Source: Synechococcus sp. (lineage in GTDB: Bacteria; Cyanobacteriota; Cyanobacteriia; Thermostichales; PCC-7336). From it: a DNA stretch of 64,000 nucleotides. The stretch is taken from assembly GCA_051439605.1 (NCBI GenBank), contig JBFRWN010000047.1, positions 1-64,000 on the forward strand. The letters are read 5' to 3'. Of the stretch, positions 61,347-64,000 are shown piece by piece; the stretch's first letter is position 1, and the number at the start of each line of letters is the position of its first letter. The position numbers and the translations under genes were made by a program. The notes under the pieces are model-generated. The model was not told the origin of the DNA. It saw only the letters and a list, made by a program, of their open reading frames with translations, and did no database searches.

Positions 61347-62682
61347 AGGCAGGAGATAACAGAACCGTCACAGGGGTGGAGGGAAACAGGGTGCGCGCCT
61401 GCGCAAAGGCAAGCGGAACAGCTTCTTCCATTCCGTCCACAAGATGAAAGTCAGTGTACTGAAAATCCTTGAGGTAAGCCGCAAACTGAGGGGCCGCTTT
61501 GCCAATAAGGATGGTGGCCGCAACCTTATCCCGAATTGCCTCAAACCAAAGGTTGCCATTTCCCACTTTGGGGTCTCCCCCAGCAATCAGAATGATAGGG
61601 CCAGAGATTGAGTTCAACCCCACCAAAGCGGCATCGTAGTTCGTTGCTTTGCTATCGTTCACAAACGTGACCCCCGCCAGCTCGTACACTGGCTGAAGAC
61701 GGTGGGGCATGGGAGGGAAGGCCTGAATTGCCCGTTGGATATCTGAGGTCGGTACATCGGCATATCGAGCAACTGCCACCGCCATCAGCAGATTTTGAAT
61801 ATTGTGCTGACCGATCAGGACAAAGTCATCCAATGGCAAAACCGGCTGCCCTGCATGCCACACCCAGTCTTGGAGGGCTTTCTCGGAGGTATCGCCAGCA
61901 TCAGCACTGGAACGATAAGGGGCAACGTGGGTGGCAGTGGCCAGATCGTGGCAGGAGGTCCAGGAAGCATAAGGCCATTGGTCCTGCTGACTGCGCAGGT
62001 AGGGATCGTCGGAATTCAGCACCACCTGTTTGGCCCTGCGGGGCAAGGAAGCCTTGATATCCGCATACCGTTCGAAGGTGCCGTGGCGGGAGAGGTGATC
62101 GTCAGTCAAGGTGGTCCACAGGGCGATCTCCGGAGCCAGTGTAGAAGAGGACTCGACCTGGTAACTACTCAGTTCTGCCACAATCCAGTCAGGAGCTTGC
62201 CCCGATCGCAGCACATCTAAAGCCACCTGACACAGGGGCAAACCAATATTGCCGCAGGCGGGCGCATTCCACCCAGCGGCAGCAAAGATAGCCGCAATCA
62301 AAGCCGTCGTCGTCGTCTTGCCGTTCGTTCCGGTGATGCCCACCCAGGGGATATCCCCCAGCGATCGCCAAGCCAACTCCGCTTCGCCAATCGTCTCTAT
62401 GCCCCGTGCACGAGCCGTTTCAAGGGCAGGCAGCAGCCAGTTCACCCCCGGACTGACCACAATGCATTCCACCTGAGGTTGAGGCTCAAACGGCTGACCC
62501 AGTTGTACAGTTGCCCCCAACGCCTCCAGGTTTTCCTGGCACTGCCTTAGACTCGCACCGTCTTTTTCATCGCAGACGCAGACGGAATATCCTTGGAATA
62601 GCAGTAGCTCAGCGGCGGCCAGGCCGGACTTCCCCATCCCCAAAACCTGAACGTGCACCGTTAGCTCACTCCCCATAGGCAA
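61267..62682 (-). CDS. murD: UDP-N-acetylmuramoyl-L-alanine--D-glutamate ligase
   Basis: GMGKSG, VSPGV, ITGTNGKTTT, ELSSYQ, HRLQ, NDSKATN, LSPACASFDQY. Confidence 0.96.
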   Translation of the reverse strand: MPMGSELTVHVQVLGMGKSGLAAAELLLFQGYSVCVCDEKDGASLRQCQENLEALGATVQLGQPFEPQPQVECIVVSPGVNWLLPALETARARGIETIGEAELAWRSLGDIPWVGITGTNGKTTTTALIAAIFAAAGWNAPACGNIGLPLCQVALDVLRSGQAPDWIVAELSSYQVESSSTLAPEIALWTTLTDDHLSRHGTFERYADIKASLPRRAKQVVLNSDDPYLRSQQDQWPYASWTSCHDLATATHVAPYRSSADAGDTSEKALQDWVWHAGQPVLPLDDFVLIGQHNIQNLLMAVAVARYADVPTSDIQRAIQAFPPMPHRLQPVYELAGVTFVNDSKATNYDAALVGLNSISGPIILIAGGDPKVGNGNLWFEAIRDKVAATILIGKAAPQFAAYLKDFQYTDFHLVDGMEEAVPLAFAQARTLFPSTPVTVLLSPACASFDQYSNFEQRGEHFQQCSRRLVL

Positions 62683-62724
62683 TACAGTTTATAAGGCTAT
62701 CAACCTTTCGCCCCACCACCAACT

Positions 62725-63327
62725 GTGACCGCAATTCCCCTCTCTCAAGACGGCACCTCTAAGGAGACTTACCGTCGGTATTACTGCCATCTGCGCTCTA
62801 CCCTCGACTTGGTGGCTTTGAGTCAATCCATCTGCGATCGCCTCAAGCAATGGCCCCCCCTCAAGCAGGCAGAAACCATTCTGAGCTACTACGCCACCGA
62901 TCGTGAAATCAATCTGCTATCGCTGTTCAGCCATTGGCCTCAAAAAACTTGGGGGCTGCCGAGAACCCTGCCCGGCGGTGAATTGGCTTGGCATCGGTAC
63001 GAGCCGGAAGGGGAACTCAAGCGATCTCGATTGGGCATTCTCGAACCCTTCCCCCATAGTCCCACTATCGATTTAGAAACGGTGGACGCAATCTTAGTCC
63101 CAGCCATAGCCTGCGATCGCCAAGGGATACGCTTGGGATACGGAGGGGGATACTACGACCGCTGTTTAGGCCAGCCTCGCCTGCAACATGCGTTGACCGT
63201 TGGCGTGGTGCCATTTGCTTGCTGGAGCTTATCTGCCCTACCGCGCGACCCATGGGATATTCCGTTGGCGGCGATCGCAACCGAGCGAGAAATTGGTCTG
63301 AGGTATACGAATAGAAAAGAGGATTGA
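62725..63327 (+). CDS. 5-formyltetrahydrofolate cyclo-ligase
   Basis: GILEP, ILVPAIACDRQGIRLGYGGGYYDR, PWDIPL. Confidence 0.93.
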   Translation: MTAIPLSQDGTSKETYRRYYCHLRSTLDLVALSQSICDRLKQWPPLKQAETILSYYATDREINLLSLFSHWPQKTWGLPRTLPGGELAWHRYEPEGELKRSRLGILEPFPHSPTIDLETVDAILVPAIACDRQGIRLGYGGGYYDRCLGQPRLQHALTVGVVPFACWSLSALPRDPWDIPLAAIATEREIGLRYTNRKED

Positions 63328-63485
63328 TAGTCGCCCCACAGACGATCGACAATTGCGCCTACTTTCTCCACCGAGCGAGGGTTTCCCCTTAAACTGGGAC
63401 AGAGCCAATGGGCTCATATCCCGAACCACTGAAGGTAGTCGCTGCTGCCCTAAGTTCGTTCAAAAAGCTATAGAAAGGACCCATA

Positions 63486-63917
63486 ATGCTGGCACGTTGG
63501 CCCCAATTCATAAGAGCACTGTTCGCAACGGCGATCGCAATCTGTTTATTTGGCTTTGGCGGTAAGGTGCCGATGGAGCTAAGCGATCTTCATACCGTTC
63601 CCTGCCCCGATTTGCCAGAATTTCAAAACCTGCCCACTAGCGGAGCCTCCGCCGTTCCGGTGCAATGTTTCACAATTGAGGGTACGGTTGATAATCCCAC
63701 GGACCGTCTGATTTATAACGCAGACGTATTTGGTCGCATCTACGACGCTAGCGGCAACGATGTCTGGCCGGAAAGAACCCGATTAGGGGCAATTGAAGAG
63801 GTCCCTCCAGGAGAAAGTATGTTCTCGATCCGCATTGGTGTCCCCGCCAACAATCCCCTACCCCTTCAACTGAAGCAATTTAAGGCTAAGGGATTTCGTG
63901 GCATGGTCAATCGCTAA
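63486..63917 (+). CDS. Conserved cyanobacterial exported hypothetical protein (FxLYD-like Ig fold possible)
   Basis: Signal segment; C..C pair; YNADVFGRIYDASGN, RTRLGAI, LKQFKAKGF. Confidence 0.7.
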   Translation: MLARWPQFIRALFATAIAICLFGFGGKVPMELSDLHTVPCPDLPEFQNLPTSGASAVPVQCFTIEGTVDNPTDRLIYNADVFGRIYDASGNDVWPERTRLGAIEEVPPGESMFSIRIGVPANNPLPLQLKQFKAKGFRGMVNR

Positions 63918-63961
63918 CCATTGATGAACAATGCATCCGATAAGCACAATACGGTCGAGCG

Positions 63962-63995
63962 AAAACCCCCACGCTGGAGCTTCAACGTGGGGGTT
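63962..63995 (-). terminator. Terminator-like hairpin, probably for a convergent gene beyond the window
   Basis: 10-bp stem AACCCCCACG / CGTGGGGGTT; short T run on the minus strand. Confidence 0.55.
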
Positions 63996-64000
63996 ACCTG

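Larger units (their letters stand above)
1..64000. repeat. HIP1 octamer (GCGATCGC) dispersed through the window
   Basis: Many occurrences in coding and intergenic DNA (e.g. 16284, 28671, 32855, 37667); none seen between about 32863 and 37666. Confidence 0.9.

Noticed and set aside
1..64000. The many short or antisense ORFs in the track (e.g. 2341-2952, 9635-10228, 11147-11716, 42510-43037, 53215-53688, 60280-60780)
   Set aside because: They are shadow frames overlapping well-supported genes and have no recognisable motifs
1..64000. tRNA, rRNA, tmRNA, CRISPR array, IS or prophage genes
   Set aside because: None recognised by eye (no tmRNA next to smpB); a tRNAscan/Rfam run is needed to exclude small RNAs

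Overview
Chromosomal segment of a cyanobacterium. Evidence: frequent HIP1 octamers (GCGATCGC), nirA/narB/narM, DUF1995/DUF3318/DUF4336-type genes and an NtcA-type promoter. Spot counts give about 60% GC in a core gene. NrtP in place of NrtABCD suggests a marine or brackish strain, and a plant-type HemY suggests a possibly early-branching lineage (both inferences). Most genes are housekeeping (ddl, prs, recF, smpB, hemY, polA, dxs, gltA, bolA, pepN-like, lptC, pgsA, ruvC, murD-ftsW), alongside a nitrate-assimilation cluster (nirB <- -> nirA-nrtP-narB-narM). Four features stand out. (1) A translationally coupled nurA / HAS-barrel / herA operon runs off the left edge. (2) An AT-rich, HIP1-free island (about 33.7-37 kb) carries a sulfotransferase-like coiled-coil ORF and a double-GT2 ORF that look like one frameshifted polymerase-terminator gene. 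(3) A ~1440-aa protein has soluble-adenylyl-cyclase (ADCY10-like) architecture (two class III cyclase domains, STAND NTPase, TPR), and its adenine-selecting Lys appears altered. (4) A LuxR regulator has an aspartate-less receiver domain. I also found a 59-aa gene missing from the ORF track, a decayed methyltransferase pseudogene and several hairpins. I saw no tRNA, rRNA, CRISPR array or transposase. All family assignments come from motif recognition by eye, with no database search.
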